Of a stretch of DNA of 36,821 nt, positions 25,677-34,191 are shown piece by piece. Location of the stretch: the IMG/VR virus record IMGVR_UViG_3300044941_000515, positions 1 to 36,821 of that record; one strand, written 5' to 3'. The translations under genes and the position numbers were made by a program. The notes beneath the pieces were generated by a model, which saw only the letters and a program-made list of their open reading frames with translations, was not told where the DNA came from and searched no databases. Every line of letters begins with the position of its first letter. The stretch's first letter is position 1. This DNA is from a virus (Duplodnaviria; Caudoviricetes).

Positions 25677-26816
25677 TCAGCGATCCGACAACGTCTCCAT
25701 CAACGCCCGGATGACTTCCGCGCCGAGGATCGGGACGATCGCATTGCCGGCGGCGCGCAGTCGAGGAATGCGCGCGGGTATCCCATCAGCCAGAAGACGA
25801 ATTCCGGTGCGAGGGACCCGGCGCGCCTTGCCGTCGTGGCCGACGATCCACTCGACGTCGTCCCAAGCGCCGCGCTCACGTCCATCGCGATCCCGCGCAG
25901 CAATGGTTCGTGCCTGCGCGTGCCGCTGCGCGAGGTCTGGCCGCCGCTCGCGCAGGCGCTCGTCGGGGTCGGATACAGCCCCAGCGCGATCTGTCGGATC
26001 GCCACCAGCCCCGCCGAATTCCCCGCCCCGTTGTAGCCGTCCTTCGGCGGCGCCAGACTCGTCGGCGTCGGCCACAGCGCCAGCGTCTGCGCCGCCAGAT
26101 CCGGCGAGCGGTCGCGCTCGACTTCCCGGCGCGCGCCTTCCGGCGTGCGGATCGACTTGTCCGCCGACGCCGTCGGCGTCGCCCACAGCGCCCGCACCGT
26201 CGCGTACACCTGACGCGGCAGCAGATCCTTCCGCGACGCGCCATCCTTCCTCGGCGCCAGCGACGTCCCCCACGAATCCTTGTAGTCGCGCGTCGTCGGT
26301 GTAAGCCACAAACCACAGTCGATCGCGTCGATGGGGCGCATTGACGGCACAAGCCGGAACAACCGCCGCTTCGCAGGTGTAGCCGAGACTCGCCAGATCA
26401 GCGAACACTCCGTCGAGCCAACCCTGGCCAGTCGCCGCTGCAACCTGCTCACCCACGAGTGCGGCGGGGCGACGCTCTCGGACGAGCCGAAACACGTCGG
26501 GCCATAGATGCCGTGGATCGTTGGTCCCACCGCGCTTGCCCGCGACCGAGAACGGCTGGCACGGGCACGAGGCGCTCCACAGTTCGGCGTCGTCCGGCCA
26601 CCCGGCGAGCCGGGCGGCGTAGGCCCAGCCGCCGACGCCCGCGAACAGGTGGACCTGCCGGTACCCCGCGAGGTCGTTCGCGTCGAGGTCACGGATGTCG
26701 CGCCCGTCGACGCGCCCCGACGCAATCAGGCCGGCAGCGATCTGGTGGTTGAGCCATGTGCAGAGGTAAGGTTCGATTTCGTTGTAGAAGGCCGGCGCGT
26801 GCGGTGCCGGGGTCAT
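25677..26816 (-). CDS. DNA (cytosine-5) methyltransferase, main (alpha-like) chain
   Basis: Motif I HLFAGVGGW, catalytic IV SCPCQPFS, VI GEQV, VIII PHRRDRLWFVA and X GNAIVP. No motif IX in this frame. Confidence 0.9.
   Translation of the reverse strand: MTPAPHAPAFYNEIEPYLCTWLNHQIAAGLIASGRVDGRDIRDLDANDLAGYRQVHLFAGVGGWAYAARLAGWPDDAELWSASCPCQPFSVAGKRGGTNDPRHLWPDVFRLVRERRPAALVGEQVAAATGQGWLDGVFADLASLGYTCEAAVVPACAVNAPHRRDRLWFVAYTDDARLQGFVGDVAGAEEGWRVAEGSAAASGVRDGAGAVGDADGVGGQVDPHAGRRAPGSRARPLAGSGGADAGAVADADESGAAEGRLQRGGEFGGAGGDPTDRAGAVSDPDERLRERRPDLAQRHAQARTIAARDRDGRERGAWDDVEWIVGHDGKARRVPRTGIRLLADGIPARIPRLRAAGNAIVPILGAEVIRALMETLSDR
25700..26725 (-). CDS. Overlapping alternative-frame ORF, putative second (beta-like) chain of the C5 methyltransferase; start uncertain (an ATG lies at 26341)
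   Basis: Four L(W/Y)xTPT repeats and motif IX-like GSLAPEFVFWLMGYP, nested wholly within the MTase gene in another frame. Confidence 0.7.
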   Translation of the reverse strand: MRRGASTGATSVTSTRTTSRGTGRSTCSRASAAGPTPPGSPGGRTTPNCGAPRARASRSRSRASAVGPTIHGIYGPTCFGSSESVAPPHSWVSRLQRRLARVGSTECSLIWRVSATPAKRRLFRLVPSMRPIDAIDCGLWLTPTTRDYKDSWGTSLAPRKDGASRKDLLPRQVYATVRALWATPTASADKSIRTPEGARREVERDRSPDLAAQTLALWPTPTSLAPPKDGYNGAGNSAGLVAIRQIALGLYPTPTSACASGGQTSRSGTRRHEPLLRGIAMDVSAALGTTSSGSSATTARRAGSLAPEFVFWLMGYPRAFLDCAPPAMRSSRSSARKSSGR

Positions 26817-28063
26817 GCCAGGACATCCGCCGCATCGTCGAATGCGACGCCATCGGCCTCGCGCACTGCAGATTCACCGCTCCAGGTCTGCCAGCGGCGC
26901 ACGATCACGTCGCAGTATTTCGGATCGAGTTCCATCAGCCGCGCGCGCCGGCCACTCTTGTGCGCGGCGATGAGCGTCGTGCCCGATCCGCCGAAGCTGT
27001 CGAGCACCACATCGCCCGGCCGACTGGAGTTGCGGATGCACCGCTCCACCAGTTCCACCGGCTTCATCGTCGGATGCAGATCGTTGCGCTGCGGCTTCTT
27101 GATCTGCCACACATCGCCCTGGTCGCGATCGCCGCACCAGTGACGCTGCGCGCCTTCCGGCCAGCCGTACAGAATCGGCTCGAACTGGCGCTGGTAGTCG
27201 GCGCGTCCGAGCGTGAACGTGTTCTTCGCCCAGATCACGAACGTCGACCAGTGACCGCCCGCGTCGCGAAACGCGGCCTGCAGCGTGTCGAGTTCGCCCG
27301 AGGACATGGCGATGTAGATCGCGCCGCGGCAGTGCGCCACGATCGGCGTCAACGCCGTGAGCAGGAAATCGTAGAAGCCCTCGCCGAGATTGTCGTTGAG
27401 GATCGGACGCTGCGTGCCGCGCAGCTTGTCCTTCGCGCTGTTGGCGTAATCGACGTTGTAGGGCGGATCGATGAAGACCATGTCCGCGCGCTCGCCTTCC
27501 AGCAGCCGCACGTAGTTCTCCGGATCGGTGGCGTCGCCGCACAGCACGCGGTGTTCGCCCAGCACCCACACATCGCCGGGACGCGACACCACGGCGACCG
27601 CCTCTTCGGGCACGTCGTCGTCATCAACCTCACCGGCCTGGTCGGTCTCCTCACCGGCCAGCAGTTCGGCGAGTGCGTCCGGATCGAAGCCGGTCAGGTC
27701 CAGATCGAAGCCGTCGGCCTGCAACGCTTCCAGTTCGGTGCGCAGCATGGCGTCGTCCCAGCCTGCGTTCTCGGCGATGCGGTTGTCCGCGAGCACCAGC
27801 GCGCGACGCTGGGTCGGCGAGAGATGATCGAGCACGACCACCGGCACCGTCTCCAGCCCGAGCTTGCGCGCCGCCAACAGGCGACCGTGACCGGCCACCA
27901 GCACGCCATCGGCACCGACGAGACACGGGTTCGTAAACCCAAATTCGACGATGCTGGCCGCGATCTGCGCGACCTGCTCGTCCGAGTGCGTGCGTGCGTT
28001 GCGCGCATAGGGCAACAGCCGCGCGAGCGGCCAGTGCGCGATCTTCTCCGCGACCCAGCTCAT
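26813..28063 (-). CDS. ParB-like N-domain fused to an amino-DNA methyltransferase (beta class, DPPY)
   Basis: PYARNARTHS...IVEFGF...AGHGRLLAA, IDPPY, HPTMKPVELV and LDSFGGSGTT; start is coupled to the upstream stop. Confidence 0.92.
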   Translation of the reverse strand: MSWVAEKIAHWPLARLLPYARNARTHSDEQVAQIAASIVEFGFTNPCLVGADGVLVAGHGRLLAARKLGLETVPVVVLDHLSPTQRRALVLADNRIAENAGWDDAMLRTELEALQADGFDLDLTGFDPDALAELLAGEETDQAGEVDDDDVPEEAVAVVSRPGDVWVLGEHRVLCGDATDPENYVRLLEGERADMVFIDPPYNVDYANSAKDKLRGTQRPILNDNLGEGFYDFLLTALTPIVAHCRGAIYIAMSSGELDTLQAAFRDAGGHWSTFVIWAKNTFTLGRADYQRQFEPILYGWPEGAQRHWCGDRDQGDVWQIKKPQRNDLHPTMKPVELVERCIRNSSRPGDVVLDSFGGSGTTLIAAHKSGRRARLMELDPKYCDVIVRRWQTWSGESAVREADGVAFDDAADVLA

Positions 28064-29535
28064 GCCGCCACCTGCCCGCTGCCGCGGCGTTCCGCGGCGA
28101 CCACATCGAAGGGTTGGCCGGTCGCTTCCAGCGTGATCGGCAGACCCGGCAGTTGCTGGCGGATGCGTTCGATGGCGACATCGACGTACTCGGCCGCAAT
28201 CTCTACCGCGCGACAGACGCGCCCGGTGCGTTCGCAGGCGATCAACGTGCTGCCGCTGCCGCCGAAGGGTTCGTACACCACCTCGCCCGCATCCGAGTAC
28301 GCCTCGATCACGAACGTCGGCAGCGCGACCGGGAACACCGCCGGATGGTCGATGCCCCGGCCGAGCTTGCCCTTGTGGCGCATGACGCGAATAACAGAAT
28401 CCGGAATCCGCATGGCCTGCGTCGGCTGGTGTTCGTGCGACCACGCCAGCGCGCCGCCATCCCGACCGCGCAGCGCGGTGGACGAACCATCGGCGCGCAG
28501 GTGAATGTCCTGCCCGGCGAATTTGCACGGCACGGTCTTGTTCGCCTTGCGGTTGCTGCGGTTGAAGTGGAAGACGAACTCGAAGCTGGGCGCGAGGCGT
28601 CCACGCCAATCGCCCGGCAGGCCCGGCCCCTGGTCCCAGACGTACCAGCCGAACCGCCGCCAGCCCTGCGCGCGCATCCACGCGGTCCAGCCGTCCCAGT
28701 ACGGCTGCACTTCGTTGTCGTCGTGGACGAGACCGAGGTTGACCAGCAACTGCGCGTCGTCGCGCAATGCATCGTCGGCGGCAGCGAACACGCCGCGCAT
28801 CAGCGCGTCCCAGTCGCCGATGCTGCTGGCGTAGTCGCGCTGCCGGGCGTAGGGCGGCGAGGTGATGCACAGATGCGCGGTCTCGCCGCGCATCAGCGCC
28901 GCGACCACGGCCGGATCGATGGCGTCGCCGCAGATCAGCCGGTGCCTGCCGATGATCCAGACATCGCCCGCGCGCGACACCGACGCCCTCAATGGTGCGG
29001 GATCGTCGTCGTCACCATCTTCGTCGCTGTCCTCCAGCGCGTCGGCGTCGGCACCTTCGTCGTTCGCTGCTTCCGCAGCAGGTGACACAGGTTCTGCATC
29101 GCTGCTCGCCGCGTCGCCGTCTTCCACCAGGTCGAGCAGGCGCTCGATCTCGCTGGCGGAGAAGCCGGTCAGGTCCAGGTCGAAGCCCGCGTCCGAGAGG
29201 TCCGCGAGTTCCAGCACGAGCAGCGCGTCGTCCCACCCTGCGTTGAGTGCGATGCGGTTGTCGTTGATGATCAGCGCGCGCTTCTGCGTCGCGTCCAGGT
29301 GCGCCAGTTCGATCACCGGTACTTCGGTCATGCCGAGCCGGCGTGCGGCGAGCAGCCGGCCGTGGCCGGCGATCACGCCGTTGTCGCCATCGACCAGGAT
29401 CGGCGAGGTCCAGCCGAATTCCACGATGCTCGCGGCGATCTGCGCGATCTGCGCGTCGCTGTGCGTTCTCGGATTTTTCGCGTAGGGAATCAGCGCCTCG
29501 ACCCGGCGGGTCTCGACGGTGAGGGCGTGGGGCAT
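28060..29535 (-). CDS. ParB-like N-domain fused to an amino-DNA methyltransferase (beta class, SPPY)
   Basis: PYAKNPRTHS...IVEFGW...AGHGRLLAA, acidic linker, TSPPY, HPAVFP and YEPFGGSGST; start MPHALTV. Confidence 0.92.
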   Translation of the reverse strand: MPHALTVETRRVEALIPYAKNPRTHSDAQIAQIAASIVEFGWTSPILVDGDNGVIAGHGRLLAARRLGMTEVPVIELAHLDATQKRALIINDNRIALNAGWDDALLVLELADLSDAGFDLDLTGFSASEIERLLDLVEDGDAASSDAEPVSPAAEAANDEGADADALEDSDEDGDDDDPAPLRASVSRAGDVWIIGRHRLICGDAIDPAVVAALMRGETAHLCITSPPYARQRDYASSIGDWDALMRGVFAAADDALRDDAQLLVNLGLVHDDNEVQPYWDGWTAWMRAQGWRRFGWYVWDQGPGLPGDWRGRLAPSFEFVFHFNRSNRKANKTVPCKFAGQDIHLRADGSSTALRGRDGGALAWSHEHQPTQAMRIPDSVIRVMRHKGKLGRGIDHPAVFPVALPTFVIEAYSDAGEVVYEPFGGSGSTLIACERTGRVCRAVEIAAEYVDVAIERIRQQLPGLPITLEATGQPFDVVAAERRGSGQVAA

Positions 29536-29633
29536 CGTGGGCTCGGAAAAAGAAACCCACCGACCAGCGCGTCCGGGAACAGGGGGGACGAACGCGCTGG
29601 CCGATGGGCTGGAGAGAAGTGGAAGAGCGTCGC

Positions 29634-29697
29634 GGTGCAAACGCTGGGTTGCACCGCAAACCTGCAAACCCGCAAACCGGCGCAAACCTCGGTTTGC
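29634..29697. repeat. GCAAACC repeat cluster next to the cos-like site
   Basis: Direct GCAAACC at 29656, 29664, 29672 and 29682, inverted copy at 29691, and GCAAAC at 29637. Confidence 0.8.
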
Positions 29698-29707
29698 AGC
29701 CAGACGG

Positions 29708-29764
29708 TAGCGAGGTTCCGCGGCTCTGCCGCCCGCTCTAGGCGGGGCGCAGGGAGGACCCGTA
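29708..29764 (-). other. Lambda-like cohesive end site (cosQ + cosN)
   Basis: Minus strand TACGGGTCCT-N20-GGGCGGCAGAGC-CGCGG-AACC-TCGCTA versus lambda TACGGGTCCT-N23-GGGCGGCGACCT-CGCGG-GTTT-TCGCTA; consistent with the gpA-family terminase. Confidence 0.75.
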
Positions 29765-29932
29765 GACCCTGTGGGTCTACAACTGACCTCGTGGGTCGCC
29801 ATCATGTCCGAAGCGTGCTGCTTCAGGACGCATGACCACCGTGGCACAAAAGATACCCTGCAATCGGGGTGAGTATTTCATGGATTTTCGCGGGGTTTTA
29901 CGATCCGGCGCGCGTGCTTACGTTCGATTGCG

Positions 29933-30349
29933 TCACGTCGCGTCATGCTGCGTAATCGCCTCCACGATGCGTGGTGGCTGGCCGTTGAGCTGCACCACGA
30001 TCAACGTGAGCGCGTGCCGCCAACGCCGCCACGCGGTGGGCTTGGAGCATTGGTGCGCTTCACAGATCGCTCGCCACGGCACGTAGCGGGCGCGCGCCCA
30101 CACCAGCTTGCGCTGCTCCACGCTCAGCCATTGCAGCCACTGCGTGGTCTCGGCCAGGCGATCGACGGCCGCGGGTGTCGCCGGGAAGCGCAGCACGATC
30201 CGCTCGTCCGCGTAGCCTTCCCACGACTGGCGCGCGATCTCGGGCCACAGGCTGACGTAGCCGGCCACGCGCGCGGCGGGCAAACGGTACGACGTCGCTG
30301 CGGCTTCGTGGAAGCGGTGCTCGACTTCGTCGAACGTCCACACGGTCAT
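29933..30349 (-). CDS. Putative late transcription regulator (DUF6362-like, C-terminal sigma region 4-like HTH)
   Basis: WL....QRKLVWARARYVPWRAICE...SKPTAWRRW; Q-like position immediately before cos and the late genes. Confidence 0.7.
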   Translation of the reverse strand: MTVWTFDEVEHRFHEAAATSYRLPAARVAGYVSLWPEIARQSWEGYADERIVLRFPATPAAVDRLAETTQWLQWLSVEQRKLVWARARYVPWRAICEAHQCSKPTAWRRWRHALTLIVVQLNGQPPRIVEAITQHDAT

Positions 30350-30813
30350 GCCGATCGCTCCTGCGCGATGGCCCAGTGCAGCAGCGCGAGCGCATCCGCT
30401 TCGTTGTCGTCGACGGGCGCGTAGCCCCAGCCCCACACCGCGGCGAGCATCGCGTCCTTGTTCGCGTTGCCCTTGCCGGTCGCGTGCTTCTTGATCGTGC
30501 CGACAGGCACGCCCTGGTACGGGATCTGGCGTTGCTCGCACCAGGCCGAAAGCTGGCCGAGGAAGCCGCCGTAAGCGTGTGCCGCGTCCGTGGACGCATG
30601 CCGACGCACTTCCTCAAAAACGAGGTGCTGCAGTCCGCTTGAGAGCGTCTGCAGTTCGTCGAGCCAGCGAACGAAGCGCAGGAAGCGCATGCCGCCGCCC
30701 TCGAAGCGTTGCGGCTTGAAGGATTGGGTGCCGCTCACGATGCGGCGATCGGGGCTGCGCAGCGCCCAGCCCGTGGTGGTGCCGAGGTCGAGAGCGAGGA
30801 GAGTTTGCGTCAT
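30346..30813 (-). CDS. RuvC-like Holliday junction resolvase
   Basis: LALDLGTTTGWA, FEEV, KKHATGKGNANK and DNEADALA catalytic pattern. Confidence 0.85.
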   Translation of the reverse strand: MTQTLLALDLGTTTGWALRSPDRRIVSGTQSFKPQRFEGGGMRFLRFVRWLDELQTLSSGLQHLVFEEVRRHASTDAAHAYGGFLGQLSAWCEQRQIPYQGVPVGTIKKHATGKGNANKDAMLAAVWGWGYAPVDDNEADALALLHWAIAQERSA

Positions 30814-30836
30814 GGTCAGGGTTCCATTGGGAGTGC

Positions 30837-30928
30837 CTGACGCAGCCGACTCAGTTCATGGTTATTCCCTATACGTGCGTGCGTGCGCATGCGTGGGCGT
30901 AAATCATGGGCCGTGTCGGCTGCGTCAG
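30837..30928. repeat. Long inverted repeat enclosing an alternating purine/pyrimidine tract (candidate replication origin)
   Basis: CTGACGCAGCCGAC (30837-30850) pairs perfectly with GTCGGCTGCGTCAG (30915-30928); imperfect pairing continues inward. Confidence 0.7.
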
Positions 30929-30933
30929 ATGAG

Positions 30934-33225
30934 TCAGTCGGCGTCGGCATAAGGCGTGTATCCGGATCTCGGTGTGACCTTCACACCGATCCCCTGGAAC
31001 CCCCGGACGCCGAGCGGGTTGCGCCATTTCTCGATGCCGCGGGTGATGAGCAGATCGGAGAAACGACGCTGCGAGCCGACGAACTCGCCCGCAGCCTCGG
31101 CCCAGGTCTTCCAGTCGTTGAACAATTCGCCCGTCAGCGCCTTGGCGTTGGCGTCGCGGACGCAGCGCTCGTCGATCCAGCGTCCGAGCGCGTCCTCGGC
31201 CTCGAAATACTCTTCCGTCGCGGAGACCACGCTCGCGGGCGGCTGCAGCCCGATGCGTTGCCATTGCAGGCCACCGGCCAGCGCCCAGGCGAGGATGCCG
31301 TCGCGCTCGGCCAGCAGCGTCTCGGTCAGTTTCGGATCGCGACGCGCGGGCGGGATCGTCACCGTGAACGGGATCAGGTGCATGCGCCGCTTCATCGCCT
31401 CATCGACGTTGCGGATCGCCGGTTTGTGGTTGCCCGCGATGACGAGCTTGAACTGCGGGGTGTACTCGAAGAAGTCCTGGCGCATGAAGCGTGCCGAGAC
31501 CTTGTCGCCACCGGTAATGGCCTTGACCTTCGATTCGTTCCAGCGCCGGCCCTGTTCGGTTTCGACCGAGGCGACGAAGCGTGCGCCGCGCAGGCCCGCC
31601 AGATCCGTCGGGTGGCGATCGCCGCGCGCCTCCATGAACGTGTCCATCGGTGCGTTGGTCGCTTAGTCGCCGAGGATCGTCGCCAACACGTTCACGAACA
31701 CCGACTTGCCGTTCGCGCCGGTGCCGTAGAGGAAGAACAGCGCGTGCGCGCTGGTCGCGCCGGTGAGACAGTAACCGGCCATCCGCTGCAGGTACGCCTG
31801 CAACTCCACATCGCCGCCGGTCACATCGCCGAGGAACGCGCGCCAGCGGGGACAGTCGCCGCGCGGCGTGGCCGTCGCCAGGCGCGTGTGGTGTTCGCCA
31901 CGGTCGTGCGGACGCAATCGCCCGCTGCGCAGGTCGACGATGCCGCTGGGCGTGTTCAACGCGTATGGGTTCGCATCCCACACCTCCGCCGTCGCCGCGT
32001 GCCGGCGATCGGTGCGCGAGAGCCGCTCCACGCCGCCGACGGTGCCGCTGGCGGCGAGTTTCGCGGCGAGGCGGTGCGAATCGGCCTTCAGCGCCGCCTC
32101 GCGACACACCGCGCGCACTAGGTGCTGGACCAGGAGGGTTTCGTCGGCCTGCCAGCGGCGCCCGTCCCACAGCAGCCATTTGCCCCAGGCCGCGCAGTAG
32201 CGCCAGTCCTCGGCGTAGCGGGTGGTGAAGGACAGCGCGAGCGCGTCGTCGGTCGCCCAGACCGAGGCTTCCTGCGTCGGCGTGGCGGTCGCGGGCTTGA
32301 TACACATGCGCGGGCCTGACGCGATGAAGCCGGCGACGTCGAACCCGTCGGCCAGTGCGTCGGCGGCGTCCCAACCCTCGGGCCGGTCGTCGGGCGGGAG
32401 CAGGATGTCGCAGGACGTCGCGCCGATGGCGAGCGCCGCCTGTGCCGCCGCCGTCGCGTACTCCCAGCCCGGCACGTCCTTGTCCGGCCACAGCAGCAGC
32501 GCCTTGCCGGCCAGCAGCGACCAGTCGGTCTTGTCGACCGGCGCGTTCGCACCGTGCATCGCGGTGGTCGCGACGATACCCGCGTCGATCAGCGCCTGGG
32601 CGCACTTCTCGCCCTCGACCAGGACAACGGTGTCCGCGGTCGTGATGCCCGGCTGGTGGTACAGCGGACGCGGTTCAGGCGGCGCCATCTTCCGGCGCTT
32701 CGCATCCCACGGCCGAAATTCCTTCTTGCCGCCGGGAGGATCGTAGCGGTACACCACGGCGATCAACTGGCCGTCGGCGTCGAGGTAGTCCCACTTCGCC
32801 GTCGCGGGGCCGAGGTCGTCCATCGGCGGGGCCTTTTTCGGCTTCGTGATCGGTATCGCGGACGTACGTCCGAGCAAGCGACCTGCCTCCTCCAGCACGC
32901 GCGGAAACTCGGCGTGTACATCGATGCGGAAGTGCGACGCGACCAGGTCGAAGATGTCACCGCCGTTGCCATCGGCGCGGTCGGTCCACAGGCCCGCCTT
33001 CTCGCCGGTGAGCACTACTTCGAGGCTGTCGCCGGGGCTGCCCAGCGCATCGCCGATGACGAACTTGCCGCGGCGCACCTTGCCGGCCGGGAACAGCGAC
33101 GTCAGCACTGCGTCCAGACGCGCGATCAGCTCGACGCGGATCGCCTCGCGCGATTCGTCCGGCGAGTGCGTGGGCGCGGGCTTGGCAGGCTCGGCATCGT
33201 TGAAGTCGAGCCAGTCATTCGCCAT
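30934..33225 (-). pseudogene. P4-family primase-helicase (TOPRIM + D5_N + SF3 helicase) with an in-frame TAA at 31665..31663
   Basis: VEGEKCA and WPDKD TOPRIM motifs, Walker A YGTGANGKS, then ...LGD*ATNAPMDTF... continuing in the same frame into KAITGGD and GNHKP motifs. Confidence 0.88.
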
Positions 33226-33451
33226 CGATAGGCTCCCTCGCAGGTGCGATCACGGTCGCATGGCGATCGCGCCACCGCTCCAGTTCGCTCAGGCGGAACC
33301 GGACCAGATGGCCGATCCGGTAGTGCGGCACGCCGCGCGAGCGGCGCTGAACCTTGTTGTTGAGCCACTGCATCGGAATGCACAGCGCCTGATGCGCGGT
33401 ACGCGCGCCGACCATCGGCTCGGCGTGCGGTGGAAGGTGTTCGGGGGTCAT
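33215..33451 (-). CDS. Small excisionase-like DNA-binding protein
   Basis: 78 aa from ATG 33451; VPHYRIGHLVRFRLSELERW wing motif. Confidence 0.75.
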   Translation of the reverse strand: MTPEHLPPHAEPMVGARTAHQALCIPMQWLNNKVQRRSRGVPHYRIGHLVRFRLSELERWRDRHATVIAPAREPIDGE

Positions 33452-34182
33452 CGGGAACTCCAGCAACGGTCTTGCCAGGCGCAGAACCGGCACTCGAAAT
33501 GGGTGGGATCGGAGAATCTGCGCGGCAATAGCTCGCCGGCATCGGTGGCGACCACGATCTGCACCGCGCGATCGGACATGCGCTGCGCGAGTTGGCCGTC
33601 GAAGGGCACGCGCTCGGCGTAGACCTCCATCGTGTCGGCGTTGATCGCTGTGAACAGCGCGGGATTCGCGTGCAGGTCGAGATAGGCCTGATACATCGCG
33701 ACCTGCGCGGCATACACCGGCTTCGCGACGGCGAGCTTGTTCTTCTCCAGTTCGCGCCAGGCCTTCGCGCCGAGGAATTTGCACTCCCAGAGCGCCGGGT
33801 AGTCGTAGCCCTCGGGGCCGCCGACGAAAACGCCGTCGACGTGCCCCTTGAGCCGCCCATCGAGCGCGGAAAAGCCGAACTGCGTGCCGTCGTCTTGCCG
33901 CGTGCGCAGATCGAACCCAGCGCCGCGCAGCCACGCGACCATGCTGTCTTCGAGCACGTGACCACGCTCGAAGATCCGCAGCATGCGGCCGTCGGTGTCG
34001 CGACCGGGATCGACCGGCGCGTCGGCATACTCGTACTGCAGCGCACGCGAACAGGCCACGCCCAGGCGAGAGGCGCCGAGATAGGTGCGCCGGGGCTCGG
34101 CCGCGCGCGCCTGCTGCAAACCGATATCGATCAACGCTTCGAGGCGTCCGGACTCGGTCGACGATGAGTTGAAATCGAGCAT
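33448..34182 (-). CDS. PD-(D/E)XK (Cas4-like) exonuclease
   Basis: YLGASRLG..C, GHVDG, LWECK, YAAQVAMYQ and C-terminal CRFCAWQDRC. Confidence 0.85.
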   Translation of the reverse strand: MLDFNSSSTESGRLEALIDIGLQQARAAEPRRTYLGASRLGVACSRALQYEYADAPVDPGRDTDGRMLRIFERGHVLEDSMVAWLRGAGFDLRTRQDDGTQFGFSALDGRLKGHVDGVFVGGPEGYDYPALWECKFLGAKAWRELEKNKLAVAKPVYAAQVAMYQAYLDLHANPALFTAINADTMEVYAERVPFDGQLAQRMSDRAVQIVVATDAGELLPRRFSDPTHFECRFCAWQDRCWSSR

Positions 34183-34191
34183 CGATCGGCC

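Noticed and set aside
25677-29535. Methylase cluster as a restriction-modification or BREX/DISARM system
   Set aside because: No endonuclease, helicase or other defence partner genes are adjacent; the context is orphan phage methylases.
29564-29600. GAACGCGCTGG as an eighth copy of the repeated motif
   Set aside because: Only about 10 nt match and the GCCAAG half is missing. It is better explained as one arm of a local hairpin (CCAGCGCGT...ACGCGCTGG) in the methylase leader.
33448-34182. Cas4-like nuclease as evidence of a CRISPR-Cas system
   Set aside because: It is a solo nuclease within a Sak4/SSB recombination module; no cas1, cas2 or array is present.
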